Assembly: GCA_021810565.1 (NCBI GenBank) | Contig: JAJZIM010000012.1 | Span: forward strand, 325 to 64,324 | DNA length: 64,000 nucleotides | From: Bacillota bacterium | GTDB taxonomy: Bacteria; Bacillota; Sulfobacillia; JAJZIM01 | Direction of reading: 5' to 3' | In this document: one piece after another, positions 1 to 9,461 of the stretch | How positions within the stretch are numbered: position 1 is the stretch's first letter | How the letters are laid out: each line of letters starts with the position of its first letter | Notes under the pieces: model-generated | Told to the model about the DNA's origin: nothing | What the model saw: the letters and a program-made list of their open reading frames with translations, nothing else | Databases searched by the model: none | Made by a program: the position numbers and the translations under genes

Positions 1-83
1 TGGGCCGTACCCGGGGCTTCGGCCGCCGCGCGGGTCATTACTATGCCCACGGCCACCCCAAGGAAATTTGGGTCCACCCCCTG

Positions 84-1272
84 GTGCCTCAGGCGCAAAA
101 ACAACTGGCGGATCCCTTCGTCGGACCAAAGTCAGGAGGCGATTGTATGCCCGCTTATGATCTGCATGCCCTCAACTGGACCGGTCCCGGAGGCCTGCGC
201 GAGCGCATGGGCTCCGTCACCGATCCCCGTCACCGCCGCGGCGTACGTCATGACTGGATCACCACCCTCCTCTTGGCCGCCGCCGCGATCCTCTCCGGCC
301 AGAAAGGCTATGTGGGCATCTACGAGTGGGCTCGGGATCTGCCCCCGGAACTGCGCCGGCGCTTCGGTTGCCGTAGGGTGGAGGGCGGCTTTCAGGTTCC
401 CAGCGAGCCCACCTTCCGCCGCAACCTTCAATCGGTGAACGCCGATGAGTTCGACGCGGCGCTGGGCTCCTGGATTGCGGATCAGGCCGACAACGGCGCC
501 GTCGCCGTGGACGGCAAGACTCTGCGCGGCTCCGGCCACGGTCAAACCGCCGTCCACCTCCTGGCCGCCCTGCTCCACGGATCGGGGGTGTTCGTGGCCC
601 AAAAGGACGTCGGGGAGAAAACCAATGAGATCCCTACCCTGCGCAAACTCCTGGATCCCATGGACTTGCGCGGTCGAGTGGTTACCGCGGATGCCCTGCA
701 TACCCAGCTGAACACGGCTCGCTACCTGGTGGAGAAGAAGGGTGCCAACTACGTCCTGGAGGTCAAAGGGAACCAACCCACGCTGCAGGAAGACATCCAA
801 GCCCTCGACCCGAAGGATTTTTCCCCCTCCGCACACCACTCGCGACCGGGGACACGGGAGGATTGAAACGCGCACGGTGCGGGCCAGCACCGCTCTGAAT
901 GGATACCTCACCTTCCCCCATGTGCAGCAGGTGTTCCAATTGGAGCGCACCGTCACCGACCTGTCCGGCAATCCGCTACGTCACGAGGTCGCCAACTATA
1001 TCACCAGCCTGTCTCCCCAGGAAGCTCCTCCGGAGCGTTTGGGCTCCCTGGCCCGCGGCCACTGGACGATCGAAAGCCATCATTGGATCCGCGACGTGGT
1101 GTACGACGAGGACCGTTCCCAGACCCGGCGTGCCAGCGGCCCTCGGGCCATGGCTACCCTGCGCAACCTGGCCATCAGCCTGTTGCGCCTTTTGCACGTC
1201 CGCAACATAGCCCAGGCGCTGCGAGTGCTCGGCCGCCATCCCGATTGGGTTTGCGCGGCTCTGGGAGTGTAG
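84..1272 (+). mobile_element. ISAs1-family (H-repeat-associated) transposase, disrupted. The N-terminal part is ORF 84..866 and the C-terminal DDE-type part (GHGRIETR, HWTIESHHW) is ORF 742..1272 in the +1 frame.
   Basis: Two overlapping ORFs in different frames together read as one ISAs1-type transposase. The frame change maps to a T5C5 homopolymer run at 818-827. Confidence 0.6.
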
Positions 1273-1697
1273 CGCGCATCCCCTTCGCTGGACCCGCCGA
1301 CGACCTTGCCATGAATTGTTCGTCCAGGCCGGGCATGCTTCGTCATGCCCTGAAACTCCTTTAGAAGGCTCATTCGCCGCAATTCGGGCGGCTATAGCCC
1401 CAGGCATATCGCTCCCTGACTCTCGCCGCCCTTGGCCCCTCCTCACACTATGACGTTCCCCTGGTGCGAGGCGGGACGTCTCCGGAGATCCGACGCATCC
1501 CCTCATCCCCCTCTTCGAGCGGCGGAGCAAACGGCCCATCTGTGCAAAAAGCTGTGGACAAGGTGGACAACCGGCGATCGCCGTTGGGCGCTGTCGAAGG
1601 CAAAAGACGCTGGTGGAATTTCGGCAGAGCTTGGAGCCTCGCTCAATCACCGACATAAGCGTGGCCCCGGGAATTTTCCGCGAAAGAAGGATCCCGG

Positions 1698-2153
1698 ATG
1701 GAGGAGCCCGAACTGCGAGGCGCCCTGGAGGCCTTCCTGACCGGGGGGGGGTGCCCGTCGGTACTGGCCACGGCGGACCGCTTCGGAACACCCCACACCT
1801 CCCTGATCACGTGGCTGGTAGCCCGTGACGCGAGGACGGTGGCCCTGGCCCTGGACCGGCGCAGTCAGCACTTCCGCAACCTGCAGGAGAATCCGCGGAC
1901 CTGCCCGGAGGTCCGGGGCGACGGCTTGGTGGCCAAGGCCGCCGGAGGAGTGCGCGTGGCCACCGAGCAGATGCACTCCGCGCCCTTCCCCTGCGCCATG
2001 GTGGAGGTCGAGCTGGAGGAGGTGCGGGACCATACGGTGTTGGGGGCGGTCTTTCACGGCCCGTCCTATTCGTATGCCCCGGGCAAGGAGCACCGGCACG
2101 GGGTGGCGGCGGCGGTACTGGGGGAACTGAAGGCGGCCGGGAGGAACCGTTAG
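1698..2153 (+). CDS. Pyridoxamine 5'-phosphate oxidase-like FMN-binding split-barrel protein
   Basis: ATG with an aagaagga RBS 7 nt upstream. The product resembles the PNPOx-like family (SVLATADRFGTPHTSLITWLV ... GDGLVAKAAG). Confidence 0.45.
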   Translation: MEEPELRGALEAFLTGGGCPSVLATADRFGTPHTSLITWLVARDARTVALALDRRSQHFRNLQENPRTCPEVRGDGLVAKAAGGVRVATEQMHSAPFPCAMVEVELEEVRDHTVLGAVFHGPSYSYAPGKEHRHGVAAAVLGELKAAGRNR

Positions 2154-2387
2154 GGAGCGGGGAAGAGGGCCGAGAGCGGAATTGCACCGGTGGGTGAGTT
2201 CCGGGATCTGCCCTTAGCCGGGGGGCGGCGGGAAGCGTCAGCGGCGGGTGGCAAGCCATCGCCCCTTTTGTGTGTCGCGAGATAGGTTAAAACGTAAACA
2301 GGAGAACAAACATTCGCCTGTAAAGAGATAAACTTGGTTAGCTGGGCTCAGAGGGAGCTACGGCGAGCGGGGAGAGGCTAAACTTAG

Positions 2388-3029
2388 TTGACGGGCCGGT
2401 GGGCCCAGAGGGTATATGCAGCTGATGACACCGTGAGCGCCGAACTGCCTAGCTTCGGGACCTACGCGGTGTTTGCCGACGTGGCGACGTTCAAGGACAT
2501 GGGGCAGGCTTCGTGGGCCAGGGATGCCGTGGATACGCTGCTGGGAGCAAATATGGTGGTCGGCATGGCGCCGGGGGTGTTCGAGCCGAACGGTCTCCTG
2601 ACCCGGGCCCAGTTCGCCACCCTCCTAGTGAAGGCTGATGGGTTGGCGCCAGAAAGGTTCACCCCCACGCCCTTCACCGATGTGGCCCCGACAGCCTGGT
2701 ATGCGCCCTATGTGGCTGCGGCCTACCGCGCGGGTTTGGTTGTAGGGGTGGGGTCTGGGAGCTTTGCGCCCGACGCCCCCGTCACCCGGGAGGAGATGGC
2801 GGTGATGCTGTCGAAGGCAATACTGGAGGATGATGGCTCACACTCCCTGGCCCGCTTTTCCGATGCCGGATCGGTTGCCTCCTGGGCGCGGGCGGGGGTG
2901 GAGGCGGTGGTCGGCGCAGGGATCATGACGGGCTTTCCCGATGGGACTTTCCGGCCGCGGAGCGTAGCGACGCGAGCGCAGGCGGCCGCGGTTGTTGCAA
3001 GCTATCTGGGCTATGATGGAAAAACGTAG
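2388..3029 (+). CDS. SLH-domain protein with three S-layer-homology repeats and no evident signal peptide. The true start is probably downstream of 2388.
   Basis: Repeated motifs FADVA...W.A..AVDTL / FTDVAPTAWYAPYVAAAYRAGLV / FSDAGSVASWARAGVEAVVGAGIMTGFPDGTFRP are typical SLH repeats. ORF position 2388 overlaps a TTGACG promoter-like hexamer. Confidence 0.55.
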   Translation: MTGRWAQRVYAADDTVSAELPSFGTYAVFADVATFKDMGQASWARDAVDTLLGANMVVGMAPGVFEPNGLLTRAQFATLLVKADGLAPERFTPTPFTDVAPTAWYAPYVAAAYRAGLVVGVGSGSFAPDAPVTREEMAVMLSKAILEDDGSHSLARFSDAGSVASWARAGVEAVVGAGIMTGFPDGTFRPRSVATRAQAAAVVASYLGYDGKT

Positions 3030-3054
3030 ATCGGCGGAACGGAGGTGAGAGAGG

Positions 3055-3384
3055 ATGTCTACGGATGATTGGATCAAACTCATAATAGCCCTTGCGATTC
3101 CGTTATCACTATGGTTTTTGCCGAAAAGTCTCCGTAGATCGGTAGTGATCGGCGGCTCTCTGCTTGGCTTACTGATAGGGTTTACGATTGGCCTTTATGT
3201 ATCTGGCCCGCCTGCACATCTAACGGCAAACGTTATAAAAAGTGGCTTAGCATTTGCTATTTTCGGCACTACCGGCGGGATAATCGGCTATTTAGCCGGA
3301 TATATCTTGTCCTGTCTGGCTGCCCAGTTATTTATCAACCCGCCGAAGAAGACGAAGGAGGAGGACAAGTCCCTGTGGGGCTGA
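3055..3384 (+). CDS. Small integral membrane protein (three predicted TM helices), hypothetical
   Basis: ATG with a strong ggaggtgagagagg RBS. Hydrophobic product. Local GC is lower than the flanks. Confidence 0.45.
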   Translation: MSTDDWIKLIIALAIPLSLWFLPKSLRRSVVIGGSLLGLLIGFTIGLYVSGPPAHLTANVIKSGLAFAIFGTTGGIIGYLAGYILSCLAAQLFINPPKKTKEEDKSLWG

Positions 3385-4785
3385 AAATAGCCTGGACCTG
3401 TCGACGAGGCCGCGGGGAGCGGACGGGCATCGCCGGACCACGGCTTCCCGCCGGTGCGGATTTTGGCCGGGCCGCAGGACGCTGAGGCTGGGCCGCCGCA
3501 CTTTCTTGCAGGGACAATCCTTCATCGGATCAGCTTGCCGTTGCGGAAGCGGCTATGGGCCCTTTTTCATTGCCCGGGGAGAAGAACAGGTAAATCCAGT
3601 GTGTTCCCAAAGAAACATATCCGGGTCAAACGAAAGAGCCCTGCGCGGGTTACTCCAAATTCGCGGTGCCATGGAGCAGCGGGATGCCCGGTATACCCCG
3701 GGCGGATTGCTGACGGAGGCGGATGACCTGTGCTTCGGGAGACGGGATCGGGGCGTCGGTTGTGGCGGACGCGGGACCACCCAGGTACCGGTGCCGGCGG
3801 CCATAACCCGGGGCTGCGCCGAAGGAGAGTACCCCGAGCTCCTTCGCATGCTGCCGCCGGGGAGACTTGGTGGGGCCCCGGCTGAAGAGGCCGTCAAAAA
3901 GATCATCGAACCAGTAAGCCAGCTTAAGGCGGATGTTCTATCGGCTTACAAAGGACGGGGGGATGCCTGGCACCAACCTCGAGCAGACAGTGATGGAGGT
4001 TCTTTTGTCGCAGGTTCGCTTCGGGTGAGTGCCCTTGGCCATTTCCCGGGCCAGGACCTTCATCGACGCTGCCTGTCGCGCAGTTGTCAAAAGCCTGGGC
4101 GAGGCTCGGGACGAATTCTGACCCCGTTCCTATCGGCGGCCCTTGGTGGATTCCTGCCTGGCGGACCACCCGCCGAAGACGCTGCCTCGGCACACCCCGT
4201 AGTGAGGGCATTCTGCGTCGGCATCATCGGCGGCGGTGCCGCCGGGAGGCCCCTGGGTCATACCCCTGCCGTGGCCCTTGGAAGGCATTTGCCTTTTGCG
4301 GATCCCCATTGCCCGCCCTGGTGGGAGCTCAAAAACTCTCGCTAAGGCCTGGACAAGGACCGCCAAGGGTCCTTGCGGTTCCCCTGGCTGACTTGGAAAG
4401 GAGCAGGTGCTGCGTCTGGGCCAGGAGGCACAGCAGATACGGGTGATCCGCAGGCATTGGAACCGACGTCGCAAGCCGGGATCCGGCGTGGTTTGGAAGC
4501 CGATGGGAGGGTCAGGACAGGAATCGGCGTTAGGTCGACCTAAAGCCGCTCGGTACCCAAACGCTGCATGGTGCCGATAGCGTCGAAGTCACGGTCAACA
4601 CTCACGATGTCCTTCAAACGGTGGGTTTGCACCACTGCGTTTCGAGCGGCGGTCGCGGACGGTGCGGTTGGCAGGCGTCGTCGATGGCTCCATCGGTTCT
4701 TTCTCGCCTGGCGTGCCGGTAACGTGTTCGGCCCTCGCCCCGCTCCGGCGCAGGGTTCCGCTTCCGCGCCCTTCGCCGGCTGCGG

Positions 4786-4816
4786 TAATACATGCTCCAC
4801 CCGATCATATACATGG
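4786..4816 (+). promoter_or_regulatory. Candidate sporulation-sigma (sigmaE-like) promoter for spoIVA (AATACAT ... CATATACAT)
   Basis: A CATATACAT element about 55 nt upstream of the spoIVA start resembles the sigmaE -10 CATACA-T. This is a weak pattern match only. Confidence 0.2.
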
Positions 4817-4872
4817 TAGCGTCCCGCGGTAGAGGCCCCGCGGCTTCGGGGCGAGCAAAAGGAGGGACGCAG

Positions 4873-6351
4873 GTGGAGAAGTTCGACATCTTCCGCGACA
4901 TCGCCGAGCGCACGGGGGGCGACATCTACATCGGGGTGGTGGGCCCCGTGCGCACCGGCAAGTCGACCCTGATCAAAAATTTCATGGAGCTCTTGGTGCT
5001 GCCGAACATCCAGGATCCCAACGACCGGGAGCGGACCAAGGACGCCCTGCCTCAGAGCGGCACGGGGCGCACCATCACCACCACCGAGCCCAAGTTCATC
5101 CCCGACGAGAGCGTTGAGATCACCATCAAGGACAACATCCTGCTGCGGGTGCGCATGGTGGACTGCGTGGGCTACGCCGTGGAGGGGGCCGTGGGCTACG
5201 CCGAGGGGGACCAGGCCCGCATGGTGCACACGCCTTGGTTCACCGAACCCATTCCCTTCGAAGAGGCCGCGGAGACGGGTACCCGCAAGGTGATCTCCGA
5301 CCACTCCACCCTGGGGGTGGTGGTAACCACCGACGGGTCCATCACCGACCTGCCCCGCGCGGCCTACGTGGCGGCGGAGGAGCGGGTGGTGGGGGAGCTC
5401 AAGGAACTCGGCAAGCCCTTCGCCGTGGTGTTGAACACCAGCAAGCCCTACGCCCCCGAGACGGCCGAGCTGGCGAACCGGCTGGAGGAGCAGCACGACG
5501 TGCCGGTGCTACCGGTGAACTGCGCCGAGCTGTCCCTGGAGGACATCTACCTGATCCTGGAACAGGTGCTCTACGAGTTTCCGGTGCGGGAGGTGGCGAT
5601 CAACCCGCCGGCCTGGGTGGAGGAGTTGGACGCCGACTTCTGGCTGCGGGCGGCTTTCCGCGAGACGGTGGAGCGGGTAGCCAAGAGCATCCGCCGGCTG
5701 CGGGACATCGACGCGGCGATGGAGGCGTTGGAGCAGGACGAGCAGGTGCGGGAAGCCACCCTGCAGCAGATGGACCTGGGCACCGGTCTGGCCACGATCC
5801 GCCTCGCGGCCCGGGACGGCCTGTTCTATCAAGTGCTGTCGGAGCTGTCCGGGCGGGAGGTGGCCGCCGAGGACGATCTGTTGCGCCTATGGCGGGAGAT
5901 GGTGGGGGCCAAACGGGAATACGACAAGGTGGAGGACGCCCTGCGCGACGTGCGGTCCAGCGGCTACGGAATGGTGCCGCCCTCCCTGGAGGAGATGATC
6001 TTCGAGGAGCCGGAACTGATCAAGCAGGGCAACCGCTTCGGCGTGCGCCTGGAGGCCAGCGCCCCGTCAATCCACATGATCCGGGCCGATATCCAGACGG
6101 AGGTCACCCCGGTCATCGGCACCGAGCGCCAATGTGAGGAACTGATGGGCTACCTCCTGGACCGCTTCGAGGACGATCCGAAAAAGCTATGGCAGTCGGA
6201 TCTGTTCGGCAAGCCCCTGAGCGATCTGGTGCGGGAGGGCATTCAGAACAAGCTGTTCCAGATGCCCGAGAACGCCCGACAGAAGCTGCAGGAGACCCTG
6301 CAGCGCATCATCAACGAGGGAAGCGGCGGCCTCATCTGCATCATCATCTGA
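4873..6351 (+). CDS. spoIVA: Stage IV sporulation protein A (spore coat morphogenetic ATPase)
   Basis: GTG start with an aggaggga RBS. The N-terminus VEKFDIFRDIAERTGGDIYIGVVGPVRTGKST and the C-terminus RIINEGSGGLICIII match SpoIVA end to end. Length is about 492 aa. Confidence 0.9.
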   Translation: MEKFDIFRDIAERTGGDIYIGVVGPVRTGKSTLIKNFMELLVLPNIQDPNDRERTKDALPQSGTGRTITTTEPKFIPDESVEITIKDNILLRVRMVDCVGYAVEGAVGYAEGDQARMVHTPWFTEPIPFEEAAETGTRKVISDHSTLGVVVTTDGSITDLPRAAYVAAEERVVGELKELGKPFAVVLNTSKPYAPETAELANRLEEQHDVPVLPVNCAELSLEDIYLILEQVLYEFPVREVAINPPAWVEELDADFWLRAAFRETVERVAKSIRRLRDIDAAMEALEQDEQVREATLQQMDLGTGLATIRLAARDGLFYQVLSELSGREVAAEDDLLRLWREMVGAKREYDKVEDALRDVRSSGYGMVPPSLEEMIFEEPELIKQGNRFGVRLEASAPSIHMIRADIQTEVTPVIGTERQCEELMGYLLDRFEDDPKKLWQSDLFGKPLSDLVREGIQNKLFQMPENARQKLQETLQRIINEGSGGLICIII

Positions 6352-6465
6352 AAAAACGAAAATATCTTGCCCGCAGGCCCTTTCCCGGCAGGAAAACCGC
6401 CGGCTGAGGCGAACCAAGTTGTTTGGTGCCGCAGCATCGCCGGCAGGTAGGGAGGGGGTGAACCG

Positions 6466-6738
6466 TTGACCAAACAGGAGATCGTGACTTCCTTGGCGGA
6501 GAAGGCCGGGTTGACCAAGCGGCAGGCCAACCAGGCACTGGACGCGCTGCTGTCCACCATCACCGAAGCGCTGAAGCGGGGCGACAAGGTAGCCCTGATC
6601 GGCTTCGGCACCTTTAGCGCCCATCGGCGCGAGGCGCGCACGGGCATCAACCCGCGCACCCGGGAGATAGCGAAGTTTCCGGCCCGGACGGTGCCGGTGT
6701 TCAAGGCCGGTCGGACCCTGCGGGAGCGGGTGGGCTGA
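6466..6738 (+). CDS. hup: HU-type DNA-binding protein
   Basis: 90 aa with MTKQEIV...GFGTFSAHRREARTGINPRTREIAKFPARTVPVFKAG, the canonical HU fold sequence. It lies just downstream of spoIVA, as hbs does in Bacillus. Confidence 0.9.
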   Translation: MTKQEIVTSLAEKAGLTKRQANQALDALLSTITEALKRGDKVALIGFGTFSAHRREARTGINPRTREIAKFPARTVPVFKAGRTLRERVG

Positions 6739-6757
6739 TTCCTCCGGGGGTGCTTTT

Positions 6758-6793
6758 CGGGGATCGCTGCAGGGGCGGTCCCCCCGTTTTTTT
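6758..6793 (+). terminator. Rho-independent terminator after hup
   Basis: A roughly 10-bp GC-rich stem with one bulge (CGGGGATCGC / GCGGTCCCCCG) followed by T8. Confidence 0.55.
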
Positions 6794-6855
6794 TCGTTTG
6801 CCGGGGACTTCGCGCACCGGTATACTGAAGGGGTCGCAGCGAAGGGGGGACAACG

Positions 6856-7623
6856 GTGGAGGATCTGGCCAGCATCGGCACCACGGGCGCCCGGGTGGGA
6901 GAGATGCTCCTGGCCAGCGGTGCGGAGACGCACCGCGCGGAGGAGACCATGAACCGGGCCTGCCGGGCGGCGGGGGCGATCGACGTGGAGGGATACGTGA
7001 CCCCCACCGGGTTGTTTCTGGGAGTGAAGGACGCCCAGGGACACGCCGTGGTGGAGATCCGCCGGGTGCAACGACGGGGGGTGGATCTGGCGCGGGTGGT
7101 GGAGGTGAACAACCTGGTGCGCCATCTGGAGCGGGGCAAGCTTGATCTGGGGCAGGTGGCGGCTAAACTTGCCGCCTTGGCCGCCGCGCCGCCCGCGTAC
7201 GGCAACAACTGGCCGGTGTTGGCCGGCGCCGTCGGGGCCGCCGTCTCGGTGCTCTTCCTGGGCGGCACCGTGCGGGACATGCCGCTGGCCCTGGGCGCCG
7301 CCCTGCTGGTGCGCCTGGTGGTGCGCGCCTTGAGCCGACTGGACGGCTTCTACTTCCTGGCCGAGTTTCTGGGTGGGTTCGCCGCCGGCGTGGGGGTGGT
7401 GGCGCTGCGCACGGCGGGGATCAGCTTCCACGCCCCGGCGGTCCTGGTAGCCTCCATCCTGAGCCTGGTGCCGGGCACGGTGGTCACCGCCGCCATCAGG
7501 GACTTCATCACCGGCGACATGGTTTCCGGCGTGGTGCGGGGGGCGGAGGCGGCACTGTTGGCGGTGGCCCTGGCTTCGGGGGTGGCGGCCTCCATGAGCC
7601 TGACCGCCATCGTGCCGCGATGA
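6856..7623 (+). CDS. Threonine/serine exporter family protein (ThrE / DUF1212 type)
   Basis: GTG start. The N-terminal soluble region is followed by multiple TM helices, with a general resemblance to the ThrE/YjjP family. Confidence 0.65.
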   Translation: MEDLASIGTTGARVGEMLLASGAETHRAEETMNRACRAAGAIDVEGYVTPTGLFLGVKDAQGHAVVEIRRVQRRGVDLARVVEVNNLVRHLERGKLDLGQVAAKLAALAAAPPAYGNNWPVLAGAVGAAVSVLFLGGTVRDMPLALGAALLVRLVVRALSRLDGFYFLAEFLGGFAAGVGVVALRTAGISFHAPAVLVASILSLVPGTVVTAAIRDFITGDMVSGVVRGAEAALLAVALASGVAASMSLTAIVPR

Positions 7624-8072
7624 TCCGCCTAGCGGCGGTGTTCGTCTCCACCCTGTGCTACGGGGTGGTGTTCCGCTCGCCCCGCGCGGCCTTGGTACCT
7701 GCGGGGCTCACCGGCGCTCTGGCCTGGGCCGGCTACGCCGCCCTGCCCACGCGCCCCGTCCTGGGAGTCTTCCTGGGCGCCGCATTGGCCGGCCTGAGCG
7801 GGGAGTACCTGGCCCGCCTGCTGCGCATGCCGGCCCTGGTGTTCACGGCCCTGGGCGTCATCGATCTGGTTCCCGGGGTGACGGCCTACCGGGCGATGCT
7901 GGCCTTCGTGGAAGGGAACTACGGCCAGGGTCTGGCCCTCACGGTGCAGGTGGTGGTGGTGGGCGGCGCCATCGCCGGCGGCCTGGCGGTGGTGGCCGTG
8001 ACGGTGCGGCAAAGCCTGATCCTGCAAAGGCTGCTGTCTCGGCTGGCCGGGGTGCGTTCCAAAGAAACATGA
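7620..8072 (+). CDS. ThrE_2 (DUF3815 / YjjB-like) membrane protein, partner of the preceding gene
   Basis: 150-aa polytopic membrane protein whose start overlaps the upstream stop (ATGA). This pairing is typical of YjjP/YjjB. Confidence 0.6.
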   Translation: MIRLAAVFVSTLCYGVVFRSPRAALVPAGLTGALAWAGYAALPTRPVLGVFLGAALAGLSGEYLARLLRMPALVFTALGVIDLVPGVTAYRAMLAFVEGNYGQGLALTVQVVVVGGAIAGGLAVVAVTVRQSLILQRLLSRLAGVRSKET

Positions 8073-8233
8073 AACATGACCCGAAGTGAGCACTTCCAAA
8101 GAATTATTTTTTCGTTATTCACGAAAAGTCGCGTTAAGCGGCTTTTTCGCGCGTCTGAGACAGCTTGCCCGTCGGGAATGCCTCACACCCCGAAAAAATG
8201 CGGCAAGAGGAGCGAGATCAGGGGTGGCGCGTC

Positions 8234-8262
8234 TTGCCGCAGGGGCTTTTGCCCGGCATACT
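8234..8262 (+). promoter_or_regulatory. SigmaA-type promoter candidate (TTGCCG-N17-CATACT). Its -35 hexamer overlaps a 10-bp inverted repeat (8199..8241).
   Basis: Hexamers with 17-nt spacing sit in an AT-richer intergenic region about 65 nt upstream of the 8327 ORF. Confidence 0.3.
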
Positions 8263-8326
8263 GGCATTGTAGGATGTACCTTTTTTTACCCGCACACCAC
8301 ATAGACAGGCGCAGGGAGGGGGAACC

Positions 8327-8785
8327 TTGCCGTATCGGGAATTGACGCCCGAGACCAAGCTGGCGGCGGTGCGGGAGGTGTGGGGGCGGGGCGGCCGGGT
8401 GGCGGTGGTGGCCAGGAAATACGGCGTGTCCCGCGTTTCCCTGTACCGCTGGACCGCCCTGGCCGAGGGCACCATGCGGGAGGCCTTGGCCGAGGGACCC
8501 GGACCGCGACGGCAAGCCGACCTTTCCCGCCTCGAGGAGGAGAACGCGGCGTTGCGCCGCTACCTGGTGCGCCTAGCGGTTCAGGCCCGCGCCGCTGGGG
8601 TGCAGGTGGAGCCGCCCGGCGAGGAGTGGGAACCGCCTCCCGCGGCATGCCCGCGGTGCGGCAGCCGCAAAATGTGGCGGGACGGCTTCTATGCCGCCAA
8701 GGGAGGCCGTCGGCAACGCTACGAGTGCTCCAGCTGCCACCTGGTCGTCTACCAGGGAGGCTCGACCCGCGCCGACGGGTGGTGA
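8327..8785 (+). CDS. Transposase-derived DNA-binding protein: IS3 OrfA-like HTH, leucine-zipper stretch, and a C-terminal CxxC...CxxC zinc ribbon
   Basis: ETKLAAVREVWGRGGRVAVVARKYGVSRVSLYRWT resembles the HTH of IS3-family OrfA. CPRCGS...CSSCH forms a zinc ribbon. No catalytic transposase ORF follows. Confidence 0.5.
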   Translation: MPYRELTPETKLAAVREVWGRGGRVAVVARKYGVSRVSLYRWTALAEGTMREALAEGPGPRRQADLSRLEEENAALRRYLVRLAVQARAAGVQVEPPGEEWEPPPAACPRCGSRKMWRDGFYAAKGGRRQRYECSSCHLVVYQGGSTRADGW

Positions 8786-8826
8786 GCAGCCCGGATCCGG
8801 AATTCAGCCCAAGAGGGGAGATACGT

Positions 8827-9432
8827 TTGCACGAGGGGGAAGAGCGAGCCGTGCCGCCGGGCGAGGTGACGCGGCGCAGGTTCCTGACCGCGGGGATGGG
8901 GGTCATCGGCGGGGTGCTGGGACTGGGGTATCTGGGCATGGGCCTCAAGTACATGTTCCCCCCGGCGCCGATGATGCGCACCCCCTGGCAGGAGGTGGGC
9001 CTGGTCCAGGATTTCACCATCTCCGACGCCAAGCTGGTGCCCATGCTGTATCAGGGCCATCGGGACGGCGTTTGGGTGCTCAAGTGGAGCGACAGCTACG
9101 ACCACCAGTTCTCCGGCAAGCGGCTGGCCGCTTGTACTCAGCCGGCGCTCACCGGCAAGGCCGCGACGGCGGAGCGCTACGACCACACCAACTCGAACCA
9201 GTTCTCCGTGTATGACATGCATTGTCCCCACCTGCACTGTCCCTTCGCCTCCACGGGAACGGGGTTCGCCTGCCCGTGCCACGGCAGTCTGTACACCCTG
9301 GACGGCTGCCACACCGCAGGCCCGGCGCCCCACGGCCTGTACCTGCACAGCTGGAAGGTTGAGGCGGGCAAGCTGTACGTGGCGGGCATCTACGGCTTCG
9401 TGGGCACCCACATGGGTGATCAGAATGCCTGA
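8827..9432 (+). CDS. qcrA: Rieske [2Fe-2S] subunit of menaquinol:cytochrome c oxidoreductase
   Basis: TTG start with an aagagggga RBS. It has a Tat-like RRRFLTAG signal and the two Rieske boxes CPHLHC and CPCHGS. Confidence 0.8.
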   Translation: MHEGEERAVPPGEVTRRRFLTAGMGVIGGVLGLGYLGMGLKYMFPPAPMMRTPWQEVGLVQDFTISDAKLVPMLYQGHRDGVWVLKWSDSYDHQFSGKRLAACTQPALTGKAATAERYDHTNSNQFSVYDMHCPHLHCPFASTGTGFACPCHGSLYTLDGCHTAGPAPHGLYLHSWKVEAGKLYVAGIYGFVGTHMGDQNA

Positions 9433-9461
9433 GTTGGGCGGGAAAGGGGGAAGGGAATAGC

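Noticed and set aside
84-1272. Programmed ribosomal frameshift in the transposase
   Set aside because: Moving from the upstream frame to the downstream frame needs a +1 shift, and there is no slippery heptamer of the IS3/IS1 -1 type. A homopolymer indel is more parsimonious.
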